From: an uncultured Hyphomicrobiales bacterium
Lineage (GTDB): Bacteria; Bacteroidota; Ignavibacteria; Kapaibacteriales; UBA2268
Length of the DNA stretch: 64,000 bases
Direction: 5' to 3'
NCBI GenBank assembly: GCA_964454975.1
Contig: CAYVVD010000016.1
Location: 5,704 to 69,703 of the forward strand
Below, one piece after another: positions 1-9,729 of this stretch; positions within the stretch are counted from its first letter, which is position 1; each line of letters starts with the position of its first letter. The notes under the pieces are model-generated. The model did no database searches. It was not told the DNA's origin and saw nothing but the letters and a program-made list of their open reading frames with translations. The position numbers and the translations under genes are program-made.

Positions 1-1
1 A

Positions 2-592
2 TACATTCTTGATATTGAATCCTCTGTTGAGATGCTGGAAATAGCTCTTATTGAGAATGTTCAACGCGAGGATCTCAACCCGGTAGAAATAGCTTACGGC
101 TACCAGACACTTATTGAAGAATGCAAATTGACACAAGAAGAAGTTGCTGTAAAAGTTGGTAAAGACCGCTCAACGATAGCCAATTTTCTCCGTTTACTAA
201 AGTTACCTGAAAAAGTGCATGAGAGCCTTAGGAAAAAACTTATTACAATGGGGCATGCGCGAACGCTCATCACGTTGAACGAGCACAGTAAGATATTAGC
301 TGTATGGAAAGAAATTCTCGATAAATCTCTCTCTGTAAGAGCTACTGAAGAACTTGTAAGGAACATACAAGACAGAGCTTTTAAGGCCAATCCGAAGAAA
401 TCCAAGAAAGAGATAATTAATGAGAAAGTACGTATAGCACTGGACCATACAGAAGATAATCTCAGGCAGGTATTTGGAACTGAAGTCAGGATAAAACCAA
501 AAACACCGGAATCCGGGCTTGTAGAGTTTGAGTTTTACTCGAAAGAAGACCTGGATCGCTTACTTGAATTATTTTACAAAGCCCGTGAATAA
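2..592 (+). CDS. parB: ParB/Spo0J chromosome partitioning protein (5'-truncated by window edge)
   Basis: ALIENVQREDLNPVEIA motif, HTH LTQEEVAVKVGKDRSTIANFLRLLKLP, MGHAR, LSVRATE; frame is open back to the window start. Confidence 0.95.
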   Translation, partial: YILDIESSVEMLEIALIENVQREDLNPVEIAYGYQTLIEECKLTQEEVAVKVGKDRSTIANFLRLLKLPEKVHESLRKKLITMGHARTLITLNEHSKILAVWKEILDKSLSVRATEELVRNIQDRAFKANPKKSKKEIINEKVRIALDHTEDNLRQVFGTEVRIKPKTPESGLVEFEFYSKEDLDRLLELFYKARE

Positions 593-593
593 C

Positions 594-1013
594 ATGAAAC
601 ACAGCACATTTATTAGAGTTAGGTACGCAGATACAGACAGGATGGGTGTTGTTTATAATGGCAACTATTTCACTTACTTCGAAATCGGCAGGACAGAGCT
701 GATGCGAAGCATGGGGCTTGCTTATTCAAAATGCGAAGAACTTGGGTATATGCTTCCATTGACCGAAGCAAAGGCAAATTACATAAGCCCGGCCTTTTAT
801 GATGACGAATTGGAAATTAATGCAGAGCTTGTTTATGAAAATAAAGCAAGTATAAAATTCGTTTATAATATTTTGCATGATAGAACCTTAATCGCACAAG
901 GGCATACTATACATATATTCGTAAACGCAGGCACAATGAAACCGGTCAAACCTCCGAAAATATTCATTGAAACAGTTGAAGCCTACAAAAACAGGGAGGC
1001 AGATGCTGCTTGA
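594..1013 (+). CDS. Acyl-CoA thioesterase, YbgC/FadM (hotdog fold) family
   Basis: IRVRYADTDRMGVVYNGNYFTYFEIGRTE signature; ATG at 594 directly after the parB stop. Confidence 0.9.
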   Translation: MKHSTFIRVRYADTDRMGVVYNGNYFTYFEIGRTELMRSMGLAYSKCEELGYMLPLTEAKANYISPAFYDDELEINAELVYENKASIKFVYNILHDRTLIAQGHTIHIFVNAGTMKPVKPPKIFIETVEAYKNREADAA

Positions 1014-1047
1014 TACAATTTTTGACGGATTTACCGGGAATAGAAAT

Positions 1048-1983
1048 ATGAAATTCAGGCTTTCATTATTTGCTGCCATTCTATTGATAGGTATCACTTC
1101 TGCTTATTCGCAATCGCCTTACCAGTTCCTTCGTTATGTATCGAGTGCACGTGCGGCAGGAATAGCCGGTTGTTTCGTTTCTATGCCGAACGACGCATCC
1201 GCATTGTTTTACAACCCTGCCACTGTTTATTCTGTTGATGAAAAGAAAACATCTTTTACGTTTTTAAAGCATGTACTCGATATAAATTCCGGTAATGCAA
1301 CTTACGTTCACAAACTCGAGGAGGGTGTTCTCGCCGGTTCCGTAAATTTTACAAACTACGGTTCATTTGAATACGCAGATTCTGAGGGTAATCGTGACGG
1401 CAGGACCTTTAGCGCCAATGATGTTGCTTTGGGAGCCACTTATTCAAATATTATCGACACAAATTTCTACTGGGGGGCTACACTAAAATTTGTTTTCTCA
1501 AATCTTGAGGAGTTTAGCTCAACAGCACTTGCCCTTGATGCTGGAATACTTTACAGGATTCCGGAGAAAAGGACAAACATCGGTGTTTCCATTCTACACA
1601 GCGGATTCCAGCTTACAGGCATTAATGGTGTAAGCGAAAACCTGCCGCTGGACATTCGAGCTGGTATAAACCACAGGCTTCGGGGACTCCCCTTGTTGGT
1701 GAATTTTACCTTCCACCACCTTGCAGATGATGAAGGAGATTTTTTTGACAGATTTAAAAATTTTGCACTTGGCGGTGAGCTTTATCTTGGTAACAACCTG
1801 CGTGCAAGGCTTGGTTATGACAACCAGGTCAGGAACTTTGCTTCAACTGATTCTGACAAAGGACTTTCTGGTTTCAGTGGTGGCATTGGCATTGTGATTG
1901 AGGAATTTAATTTTGATTATGCCCTTGCTCAATATGGAGCAGCCGCATCCTTACATAGATTCAGCATTGCATTGGACATTTAA
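1048..1983 (+). CDS. PorV/PorQ-family outer-membrane beta-barrel (type IX secretion associated)
   Basis: Signal peptide; FL...SARAAGIAG and DASALFYNPA motifs; amphipathic beta strands; ends HRFSIALDI. Confidence 0.8.
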   Translation: MKFRLSLFAAILLIGITSAYSQSPYQFLRYVSSARAAGIAGCFVSMPNDASALFYNPATVYSVDEKKTSFTFLKHVLDINSGNATYVHKLEEGVLAGSVNFTNYGSFEYADSEGNRDGRTFSANDVALGATYSNIIDTNFYWGATLKFVFSNLEEFSSTALALDAGILYRIPEKRTNIGVSILHSGFQLTGINGVSENLPLDIRAGINHRLRGLPLLVNFTFHHLADDEGDFFDRFKNFALGGELYLGNNLRARLGYDNQVRNFASTDSDKGLSGFSGGIGIVIEEFNFDYALAQYGAAASLHRFSIALDI

Positions 1984-1995
1984 GCAGATATTAAC

Positions 1996-2436
1996 ATGAA
2001 AAACCTGTCATTTTTACTAATTGCAGCCTTGATATTTCTAACTACGACCCTGAATTCCCAGGGAGTCCCTAAATACAATCAAAAACTTGTAGGAAAAAAT
2101 ATTTACCCGATACTAGTTTTTTCTGATATTAAAACATGTAAGGAAATTCTTCAGACTATAGAATTAAAAGCCACCGAAGTTGACGCATTCCTGGAATTTA
2201 ATGCATTACTTAGCCAGGTAATCGAACATTCCGAGGGCCAGAACTTAAAACCTGATGACCCCATCAAAGTTGAAATGGACTATGCCCTTGCAGAAAACGG
2301 CCTTTTTTTTCTTTCACGGGGTAAACTCACTGGTGCTGAAGCCCTTGCTTATAAAAGATTCACAACCTCTATTAGGGATGCTATCAAGCTTGCTGATGGA
2401 GAAGCAAAGCCAAAACCGAAAACTCCAAAAGAATAA
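1996..2436 (+). CDS. Hypothetical exported protein
   Basis: 146 aa ORF with Sec-type signal peptide (MKNLSFLLIAALIFLTTTLNS); no recognised domain. Confidence 0.7.
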   Translation: MKNLSFLLIAALIFLTTTLNSQGVPKYNQKLVGKNIYPILVFSDIKTCKEILQTIELKATEVDAFLEFNALLSQVIEHSEGQNLKPDDPIKVEMDYALAENGLFFLSRGKLTGAEALAYKRFTTSIRDAIKLADGEAKPKPKTPKE

Positions 2437-2530
2437 ACTCATTTTTGTTGAAAATTAGCCTTATGAAAAAAAGTTAGTTTTCTTTAATTTTCCGGAATTA
2501 TTGTGGATTAATCCGGGAATTACTTTTTAT

Positions 2531-3478
2531 ATGAAAGTTTCATTTGTCTCCCCGGTGTATTACGAAGAAGAAATCGTTAAAGATACATATCACGCTCTGA
2601 AAAAAACTTACGGACAGTTACAGGTACTCGACCCTTCAATCAATGAAGTTGAATATATTTTTGTAAACAACCATAGTTTTGACAGGACTTGTTCTATCCT
2701 TAGGGAATTGAACAAAACAGATCCGTCTGTTAAACTAATCAGGTTAAGCAGGAATTTTGGTTTTGAAACTGCTTATTCTTGCGGCATCCAACATGCAAGC
2801 GGTGATATAATGATAACACTCGATGGCGATTTGCAGGATCCCCCTGAAGTCGCAATCGAGATGTTTAAGAAGTATAAAGAAGGGCATAAAGTAGTTCTTG
2901 GTAAAAGGATTAAAAGAAAAGGCCGAAATTTCATTCTTAAATTTGCTTATAAGATATTTTACAGGCTTCTCAATAAGATGTCAGAAAGTCCGATTTTCGA
3001 AGATGTTGGCGAGTTTAAACTGGTTGACAAACAGATTGTTGATTTAATCAAGGGTTTCAGGGAAACAGATAAGTTTATCAGGGGCCTGGTTTCCTGGCTG
3101 GGATTTGACCCGGTTTTTGTTGAGTATGTCCGCGACGAACGGAAAAAAGGCAAGAGCAGTTTTAACTTTCACAGGCTTTTTTCAGTTGCTATTGACGGTA
3201 TTACATCTTTCTCAACAGCGCCACTTCGCTTGTTTTCTTATACTGGAATTATTATATCCATGTTGAGCCTTGTAGCAGCAGGTTATATCGTTTTCAGGAA
3301 AATATTCGAGGTTGATTTCCCGTGGGGCTATCCCACCTTGATAATTGCAGTGCTGTTCTTTGGCGGAATGAATATGGTGGGCCTTGGCATGGTCGGAGAA
3401 TATGTTGGCAGGATTTTCCGCGAAGTTAAGCAGCGCCCCGAGTTTTTAGTAGAATATAAAGTAGGTTTTGAAAATTAA
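2531..3478 (+). CDS. GT2 polyprenol-phosphate glycosyltransferase (GtrB/ArnC-like)
   Basis: LSRNFG, DGDLQDPPE, FIRGLVSWLGF, DGITSFSTAPLR, two C-terminal TM helices, GEYVGRIFREVKQRP. Confidence 0.9.
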   Translation: MKVSFVSPVYYEEEIVKDTYHALKKTYGQLQVLDPSINEVEYIFVNNHSFDRTCSILRELNKTDPSVKLIRLSRNFGFETAYSCGIQHASGDIMITLDGDLQDPPEVAIEMFKKYKEGHKVVLGKRIKRKGRNFILKFAYKIFYRLLNKMSESPIFEDVGEFKLVDKQIVDLIKGFRETDKFIRGLVSWLGFDPVFVEYVRDERKKGKSSFNFHRLFSVAIDGITSFSTAPLRLFSYTGIIISMLSLVAAGYIVFRKIFEVDFPWGYPTLIIAVLFFGGMNMVGLGMVGEYVGRIFREVKQRPEFLVEYKVGFEN

Positions 3479-3493
3479 ACAAACGGTGATTTA

Positions 3494-4267
3494 ATGAAGG
3501 TAGTACTTCTTGCCGGCGGATTTGGGACCCGCCTGACAGAAGAAACAGAGCTGAAACCCAAGCCGATGGTAGAGATTGGAGGCAAGCCGATTCTCTGGCA
3601 TATAATGAAAATTTATTCTTCATACGGGCACAACGAGTTTGTTATTTGTCTCGGTTATAAAGGATATTATATTAAAGAGTATTTTGTAAACTACTTCAAC
3701 CACCAGAGCGACCTGACGGTTGATCTGTCGGACGGAAGTGTTGAAGTTCATAAAAGCGAGGCGGAGAACTGGAAAGTCACTCTTGTTGATACAGGATTGC
3801 ATACCATGACCGGTGGCAGAATAAAGCGAATCCGGAAGTATCTGAATGAAGAAACATTTATGGTTACTTATGGTGATGGTGTAGGAAGTGTGCACATCAA
3901 TGAGTTACTTGATTTTCACAAAAAACACGGTAAATCTGCTACACTGACATCGGTACAGCCTCTCGGCAGATTCGGCGCGATAAATATCAACAATGAAGAC
4001 AAAGCAATTACAAAATTCATTGAAAAGCCTGCCGGCGACGGCTCCTTCATAAACGGCGGCTTTTTTGTACTCGAACCGAAAATCTTTGACTATATTAAAG
4101 ATGATACTACAGTCTGGGAGCGTGACCCGCTTGAAAAACTTGCAAGTGACAAAGAACTATTCGCTTTCCATCACAATGGCTTCTGGAAGCCGATGGATAC
4201 ACTGCGCGACAAACGTGAATTAGATAAGTTGTGGGATGAAGGAAAAGCGGAGTGGAAGACATGGTAA
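3494..4267 (+). CDS. rfbF: Glucose-1-phosphate cytidylyltransferase
   Basis: LAGGFGTRLTEETELKPKPMVEIGGKPILWHIMK, VDTG..TMTGGRIKR, FWKPMDTLRDK. Confidence 0.95.
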   Translation: MKVVLLAGGFGTRLTEETELKPKPMVEIGGKPILWHIMKIYSSYGHNEFVICLGYKGYYIKEYFVNYFNHQSDLTVDLSDGSVEVHKSEAENWKVTLVDTGLHTMTGGRIKRIRKYLNEETFMVTYGDGVGSVHINELLDFHKKHGKSATLTSVQPLGRFGAININNEDKAITKFIEKPAGDGSFINGGFFVLEPKIFDYIKDDTTVWERDPLEKLASDKELFAFHHNGFWKPMDTLRDKRELDKLWDEGKAEWKTW

Positions 4268-5205
4268 AAAACGTACTTATAAGCGGCGCTACCGGATTTG
4301 TAGGTTCAAACCTTGTCCGTAGATTTTCAGACGAGGGATACAAGGTATATGCACTTGTTGCCTCAAGGCTAAATGAGCATGTTGAAAGAATAAACAAGGT
4401 TCAGAGTGTTGAGATAGTAGAGCTTGACGACGTTGCAGACCAGAAAATCAAGACCCTGCCGGAATTTGAGGCATGTGTTCATCTTGCAGCATACGGCGTG
4501 AATTTCAAGCAAAAGGATTACAACGAACTGATTGACGCCAATATAAGGTTAACGCTAAGGTTGATTGATTATTGCGCTAACCACAAAGTGAAAAAATTCG
4601 TCAACACAGGCTCAAGCGCAGAATATGCACGTGATGACCTGGGTAATTTTAAGGAGGATTCCCGCCTCGGTCCGGAGAATTTGTACGGCGCTTCAAAACT
4701 ATCTGCCATTAAGATGGGAAACCTGCTCGCAAGACAGCTGAAAATCCAAATAAACTCGGTCCGGCCATTTGGAATTTACGGTGAACGGGAAAGCATGCAC
4801 AGGCTTGTTCCATTGCTTATGGAAGCGGGAATAAAAAAACAAATCCTGAATATGTCCCCCGGTAAACAGATAAGAGATTATCTTTACGTAAGCGATATGA
4901 TTGACGCTTTTTTCCGTATAGCCACTATGGAATCGCCCAACTATGAGATATATAACATTTGTTCATCAAAACCTGTTACTGTGCGCCAGATTGTTAAAAC
5001 CCTGATAAAACTTACAGGCTTCAACGAAATGTATTTTAATTTTGGCGCTTTTGACTACAGGCCGCATGACCTTCTTCGCGTTGTTGGCGATAATACAAAG
5101 CTTAGAGAACAACTCGGCTGGGAACCCAAAGTAAGCCTTGAAGAGGGCCTGCAACGCACTTACGAATGGTATAGGGAATACTTTACGAGTGGGAATGAAA
5201 ACTGA
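4261..5205 (+). CDS. NAD-dependent epimerase/reductase (extended SDR), probable CDP-4-keto-6-deoxyhexose reductase
   Basis: GATGFVG Rossmann motif, TGSSAEY, YGASK (YxxxK), RDYLYV; lies between rfbF and rfbG. Confidence 0.8.
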   Translation: MVKNVLISGATGFVGSNLVRRFSDEGYKVYALVASRLNEHVERINKVQSVEIVELDDVADQKIKTLPEFEACVHLAAYGVNFKQKDYNELIDANIRLTLRLIDYCANHKVKKFVNTGSSAEYARDDLGNFKEDSRLGPENLYGASKLSAIKMGNLLARQLKIQINSVRPFGIYGERESMHRLVPLLMEAGIKKQILNMSPGKQIRDYLYVSDMIDAFFRIATMESPNYEIYNICSSKPVTVRQIVKTLIKLTGFNEMYFNFGAFDYRPHDLLRVVGDNTKLREQLGWEPKVSLEEGLQRTYEWYREYFTSGNEN

Positions 5206-6298
5206 TAAATTATTTAATGGCTTTTTTGAAGGTAAACGTGTTTTCATAACCGGCCATACAGGCTTCAAAGGCTCATGGCTTAGCCTTTGGCTGAAAAAGC
5301 TTGGCGCCGAGGTAGCTGGTTATGCCCTTGATCCGAAAACAGAAAGGGATAATTTCGTAATTACAAGTTTAAGTGATAAAATCACCGATTACAGGGCTGA
5401 TGTACGCGATTTTACTACTCTCAAGTCTAAGGTTGATGAATTCAAACCTGATATAATTTTCCACCTTGCAGCCCAGGCCCTTGTAAGACCCTCATACGAT
5501 GAGCCCCGCGATACATTTGACACGAATGTAATGGGAACGGTGAATATCCTTGAATGCTTGAGGGAAAGTGAAACAGCAAAGGCACTGGTTAATATAACAT
5601 CTGACAAATGCTATGAAAACAAGGAATGGCTCTGGGGTTACCGGGAGATTGACCCTCTCGGGGGCCGGGATCCATACAGTGCGAGCAAAGGAGCCAGCGA
5701 GATAGTAACGTCTTCATACCTGCGATCATTTTTTCACACCGATAAATTTTATGAGCATGGGAAAGTAATTGCTTCTGTGCGGGCAGGGAATGTTCTTGGC
5801 GGCGGCGACTGGTCAAGGGACAGGATAATGACCGACAGCATTAATGCACTGGAAAACGGCCAGCCTATTAAAGTACGCAATCCAAGGCACACACGCCCCT
5901 GGCAGCATGTCCTGGAACCGCTCGGCGGATATATGCTACTTGCTTCAAAACTTTCGGAATCACCTGCAAAATACTCAGGTGCATGGAACTTCGGGCCTAA
6001 CCAGGATTCTATCATTCCCGTAGGGGACATTGCTGACCTCGTAATTAAGCACTATGGAGAGGGAAGCTGGGAAGACATGTCAGACCCAAATCAGCCCCAC
6101 GAAGCAAGCCTGCTCAGCCTGGACATCAGCAAAGCGCGTTTTGAATTAGGCTGGGAACCAACATTGAATATCGAAGAAACAATCCGATTTACTATTGATT
6201 GGTATAAAAACTACCGTGATAAGGATATGTTCGAATACTGCACCGGGCAAATTGTTGAATTCACCTCCAAAGTTGGGTGGCGACTTGTGAATGGATAA
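5195..6298 (+). CDS. rfbG: CDP-glucose 4,6-dehydratase
   Basis: ITGHTGFKGSWL, HLAAQALVR, ITSDKCYEN, DPYSASK, RAGNVLGGGDW, RPWQHVLEPL. Confidence 0.95.
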   Translation: MKTDKLFNGFFEGKRVFITGHTGFKGSWLSLWLKKLGAEVAGYALDPKTERDNFVITSLSDKITDYRADVRDFTTLKSKVDEFKPDIIFHLAAQALVRPSYDEPRDTFDTNVMGTVNILECLRESETAKALVNITSDKCYENKEWLWGYREIDPLGGRDPYSASKGASEIVTSSYLRSFFHTDKFYEHGKVIASVRAGNVLGGGDWSRDRIMTDSINALENGQPIKVRNPRHTRPWQHVLEPLGGYMLLASKLSESPAKYSGAWNFGPNQDSIIPVGDIADLVIKHYGEGSWEDMSDPNQPHEASLLSLDISKARFELGWEPTLNIEETIRFTIDWYKNYRDKDMFEYCTGQIVEFTSKVGWRLVNG

Positions 6299-7283
6299 AA
6301 AAGATCTTAAAAAACGAATGCTCTTTATTGTCGGCCGGGGACGCTCCGGTACAACACTTTTACAGACTATCCTTAATACACACCCCAAAATATCAGTAGC
6401 GGAAGAAGGACAGTTCATGATGCTTCTGAAAGGCCGGTATAGTAAAGGAAGTTGGAATAAAGAAAGGATCAAAGCATTCTATGATGACCTGTGGCTCGAA
6501 CGGCGCCTCGAAAACTGGAGCCTCAATAAAGAACAATTAATCGAGCTATTGCTATCATTTGGAAATGAAGCAAGTTATAGCGATTTGTGCGCAACCGTTT
6601 ACGCAAATAATGCAATGACACAAGAGAAAGACGATGATGCCTGGCTTGGTGATAAAAATCCCCACTATGCCTTGTTTTTAAATGATATTATGGAAGTATT
6701 CCCCGATGCGAAATTTATTCATATTGTACGAGATTACAGGGATACTGTTCTCTCCTACCAAAATGTGGATTTTGACCCGGATTGGACTACACCTCTTGCA
6801 CAACGATGGGTTATCTACAACAATGAAGTCCTGAAATATCGAAACAAACACCCGGATAAATTCATTGAACTTAAATTCGAGGATTTGCTTACGCTGCCTT
6901 TTGAGCGTTTAACTGCGATTTGCAATTTCCTTGGAATCGAATTTTATGAAGAAATGCTTGAATTTTACAAAGGCAAGGACCGTGAATACTGGAACAGGAA
7001 CTGGCAGCAGATGCTTTCGAAACCCCTTGACAGCAGCCGTATATATACCTGGCGTAAAAAAATGAAAGAAGAGGATATTAAAATATGCGATGTTATTTGC
7101 GGCGAAATGGCAACGCAATTCGGATATGAGCCAGAATTTAATTTGTCAGCTCCTACAATCTCAACGGGTAGATTATATGGCTCGTTATTGACTTTCCTTG
7201 AGAGAAACATCTACAAACTACCTCTTGGATTTACCAGCCGATTCCTGACCTTGTACCGCCGTGCTACGAAATCCCTTGATTAA
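6291..7283 (+). CDS. PAPS-dependent sulfotransferase (Sulfotransfer_3-like)
   Basis: FIVGRGRSGTTLL 5'-PSB loop, GDKNP, FPDAKFIHIVRDYRD 3'-PB motif, FEDL. Confidence 0.88.
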   Translation: MDKKDLKKRMLFIVGRGRSGTTLLQTILNTHPKISVAEEGQFMMLLKGRYSKGSWNKERIKAFYDDLWLERRLENWSLNKEQLIELLLSFGNEASYSDLCATVYANNAMTQEKDDDAWLGDKNPHYALFLNDIMEVFPDAKFIHIVRDYRDTVLSYQNVDFDPDWTTPLAQRWVIYNNEVLKYRNKHPDKFIELKFEDLLTLPFERLTAICNFLGIEFYEEMLEFYKGKDREYWNRNWQQMLSKPLDSSRIYTWRKKMKEEDIKICDVICGEMATQFGYEPEFNLSAPTISTGRLYGSLLTFLERNIYKLPLGFTSRFLTLYRRATKSLD

Positions 7284-7347
7284 CATTCCTAAACTATTAA
7301 TTATTTTTCATATATTAAATCTTTCAATTACAAATAGCGGAGAACAA

Positions 7348-8964
7348 ATGAACAGGTTTATATATTCTCTTTGTGTTTTTATTGCCATTTTATTAATGGG
7401 ATCAAACGAGTCCCATGCAGGTAAACCATTGGTATCAGCTTTATGGATTCATCCTGAAGAACCTACAAATTGTGATGAAATAGAATTCGGGGTTACATTT
7501 GGGAATGAGTTTGAGTTTCCCGTAAATAATCTCGAAGTTGTGGCTGAGGTTACTGATTTATCATCTAATGAGGTAGTCTGGAACTACACGCATTCAAAAT
7601 TCGATTTACCAGTTAAATCCAGTGGTGAGAAGTCAATAACATTTAACCAGAAGTTTTCCCCAATAAATTTTGGGAGCTTCAGAATAGGAATTGAATGGAA
7701 TTCGCCGGATAATATTGACCCTGTCAACAATACATACGAAACAAACTTTGACGTTGCAGAAGGAAAAATTCCGCTACCAACACTTACATCTCACATGGAT
7801 GGTGAAACTTTCTCCAGTTTTCGCCCTGAGTTCAGTTTTGAGCCAATGGTTGGAAAATTGATTGATTTTGAATTTTATAAGGATATTGATTTAACAAACA
7901 AGCTGATATTTTTTACAGGCCTGAGCAATCCTACAGGCAAATTAAACCTGGATTTAAGCGGTGTATTATTCAATCAGCCTGTCTATACTCGTTTCAGGGC
8001 TACTCAACCCGAAAAAGGCAAAGAAAGTGATTGGAGCCAGACTCATGAATTTTTCACTCCACCCGGACCACGGTTCGAATCAGGGACTCCTGCTGAATTA
8101 GACACAATACAATCTATTAGTCAAAATAAGTTCGTTGCCAGGTATAACCCGGGATTTTCAGATGATACCCTGGGTAATTATACAAGCAGGGTAAATATTT
8201 ATAATACTAATGATTCTTTATTGGGAACCATTGAGAAAGGTTATTCTGTTGAAGGAATTCGGTTAAACGGATTTAATTTCCACCTCAGGCATAGTTTTAA
8301 TTACAGATGGTCCGTGCAGTTATACAATTCACGAAGGGAAAGCGAAGAAAGCCCGAAAATTAACTTTTTCACACCTCAATTCCCTCCAATTACCGGCCTG
8401 ACTCCGGCACCAGGAAGCATTGTTGACGTAAAAAGGCCTGAGATCAGGTTTGACACAATAGGCCGTGCATATGAATATCATTATCAACTTGATAATAATC
8501 AACAATTTTCGAATCCGCTGAACGATGAATGGATAAGCGAGAATTTCATTATTCCCGGATTTGATTTATTACCGGGTATCAAACATTACCTAAGGGTGAG
8601 AGGTGTACTCTATGGCGATGAACCGAAATATACACAATTCGGGGATTGGTTCACCACCGATTTTACAATCAATTTGCCCGAAAGTGTCGAGCCATTAAAT
8701 AACGACAATTTTAAGTATAAGGCCTACCTGAGCCAAAATTCAGACGCTTTAATACTTAGCTACAATCTTCCTGTCGAAGCTGAAACAGGTATCGAATTTT
8801 TCAATCTGAATGGCATAAAGGTGCATTTTGTTGAATTAGGCTTGCAGGGCACAGGCGAAAACCAAACCGTGATTTTGCTTGATGAACTCGAGAACGGAGT
8901 TTACCTGTTCAGGCTGCAATCCGGCAGCGCTTATGACACAGGTAAGTTTGTGATAGCAAGATAA
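7348..8964 (+). CDS. Secreted T9SS type A sorting-domain protein with CARDB/FN3-like beta domains
   Basis: Signal peptide; DPVNN CARDB-like end; Pro-led beta repeats (YHYQLDNNQQFSNP, YLRVRG); CTD ending LENGVYLFRLQSGSAYDTGKFVIAR. Confidence 0.8.
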   Translation: MNRFIYSLCVFIAILLMGSNESHAGKPLVSALWIHPEEPTNCDEIEFGVTFGNEFEFPVNNLEVVAEVTDLSSNEVVWNYTHSKFDLPVKSSGEKSITFNQKFSPINFGSFRIGIEWNSPDNIDPVNNTYETNFDVAEGKIPLPTLTSHMDGETFSSFRPEFSFEPMVGKLIDFEFYKDIDLTNKLIFFTGLSNPTGKLNLDLSGVLFNQPVYTRFRATQPEKGKESDWSQTHEFFTPPGPRFESGTPAELDTIQSISQNKFVARYNPGFSDDTLGNYTSRVNIYNTNDSLLGTIEKGYSVEGIRLNGFNFHLRHSFNYRWSVQLYNSRRESEESPKINFFTPQFPPITGLTPAPGSIVDVKRPEIRFDTIGRAYEYHYQLDNNQQFSNPLNDEWISENFIIPGFDLLPGIKHYLRVRGVLYGDEPKYTQFGDWFTTDFTINLPESVEPLNNDNFKYKAYLSQNSDALILSYNLPVEAETGIEFFNLNGIKVHFVELGLQGTGENQTVILLDELENGVYLFRLQSGSAYDTGKFVIAR

Positions 8965-8972
8965 AATGATTT

Positions 8973-9009
8973 AATGAAGAGCTGCAAGATTTTGCGGCTT
9001 TTCATTTTT
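8973..9009. terminator. Intrinsic terminator between convergent genes
   Basis: AATGAAGAGCTGCAA-gatt-TTGCGGCTTTTCATT hairpin (with G.U pairs) followed by a T run. Confidence 0.6.
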
Positions 9010-9021
9010 AAATTTAATAAA

Positions 9022-9726
9022 TCAGATATAACCCCTGTCAGCCAGGCTTGTGTGCTCCTTCCCGGCTATAATAATATGGTCGAGTATTCTTATCCCGATT
9101 ATCTGGCCTGCTTTTACGAGTTGTTTTGTGATGTTGATGTCCTCTCCTGATGGCTCGGTATTGCCCGACGGGTGGTTATGAAGCAATATGATAGCAGCGG
9201 CGCTTTCTGAAATAGCCAGCTTGAAAACCTCCCGCGGATGCACTATGCTCGCATTCAGGGAGCCTTCGCTAATTATTACATCACGGATAATCTTGTTGGC
9301 CGAATTTAGCAGCACTGTCCTGAACTGTTCTTTTTGCATTCCCATCAACCGCGGAACAAAGTAGTTAACTACATCGGTCGGGCTCTGGATTGGTTTGCTC
9401 GTCAATAGCGGTGACGACTGCACCCTGCGGGCAAGCTCGAATGCAGCCGCCAGTGTAATCGCCCTTGCAGGGCCAATCCCGGGTACTTTACGGAAATTAC
9501 TTTCGTCAAGCGCTGCCATGTCACTAAGGGAGAGGTGATCCCTCAGTAGAGATTTTGCCGCATCCAGAGCAGAAAATCCTTTTGTGCCGGATGATATTAA
9601 TATCGCCAGTAACTCGGCATCGGATAATGTATGCGCACCATGTTTCTGGAGCTTTTCGCGGGGGCGTTCGTCCTCGCGCCAGTCGCGTATCGCCGTATAT
9701 TTGCTATTCGTTGTGTACTTTTCCAA
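9022..9726 (-). CDS. radC: RadC (JAB domain) DNA repair protein
   Basis: ERPREKL..G...LSDAELLAIL, HhH GIGPARA, VHPREVF, HNHPSG..EPS.ED, LDHIII. Confidence 0.95.
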   Translation of the reverse strand: MEKYTTNSKYTAIRDWREDERPREKLQKHGAHTLSDAELLAILISSGTKGFSALDAAKSLLRDHLSLSDMAALDESNFRKVPGIGPARAITLAAAFELARRVQSSPLLTSKPIQSPTDVVNYFVPRLMGMQKEQFRTVLLNSANKIIRDVIISEGSLNASIVHPREVFKLAISESAAAIILLHNHPSGNTEPSGEDINITKQLVKAGQIIGIRILDHIIIAGKEHTSLADRGYI

Positions 9727-9729
9727 CGC

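Noticed and set aside
9022-9726. radC as a marker of a mobile or anti-defence element
   Set aside because: It is the full-length chromosomal form with N-terminal HhH region, paired with cutA, with no mobile-element neighbours.
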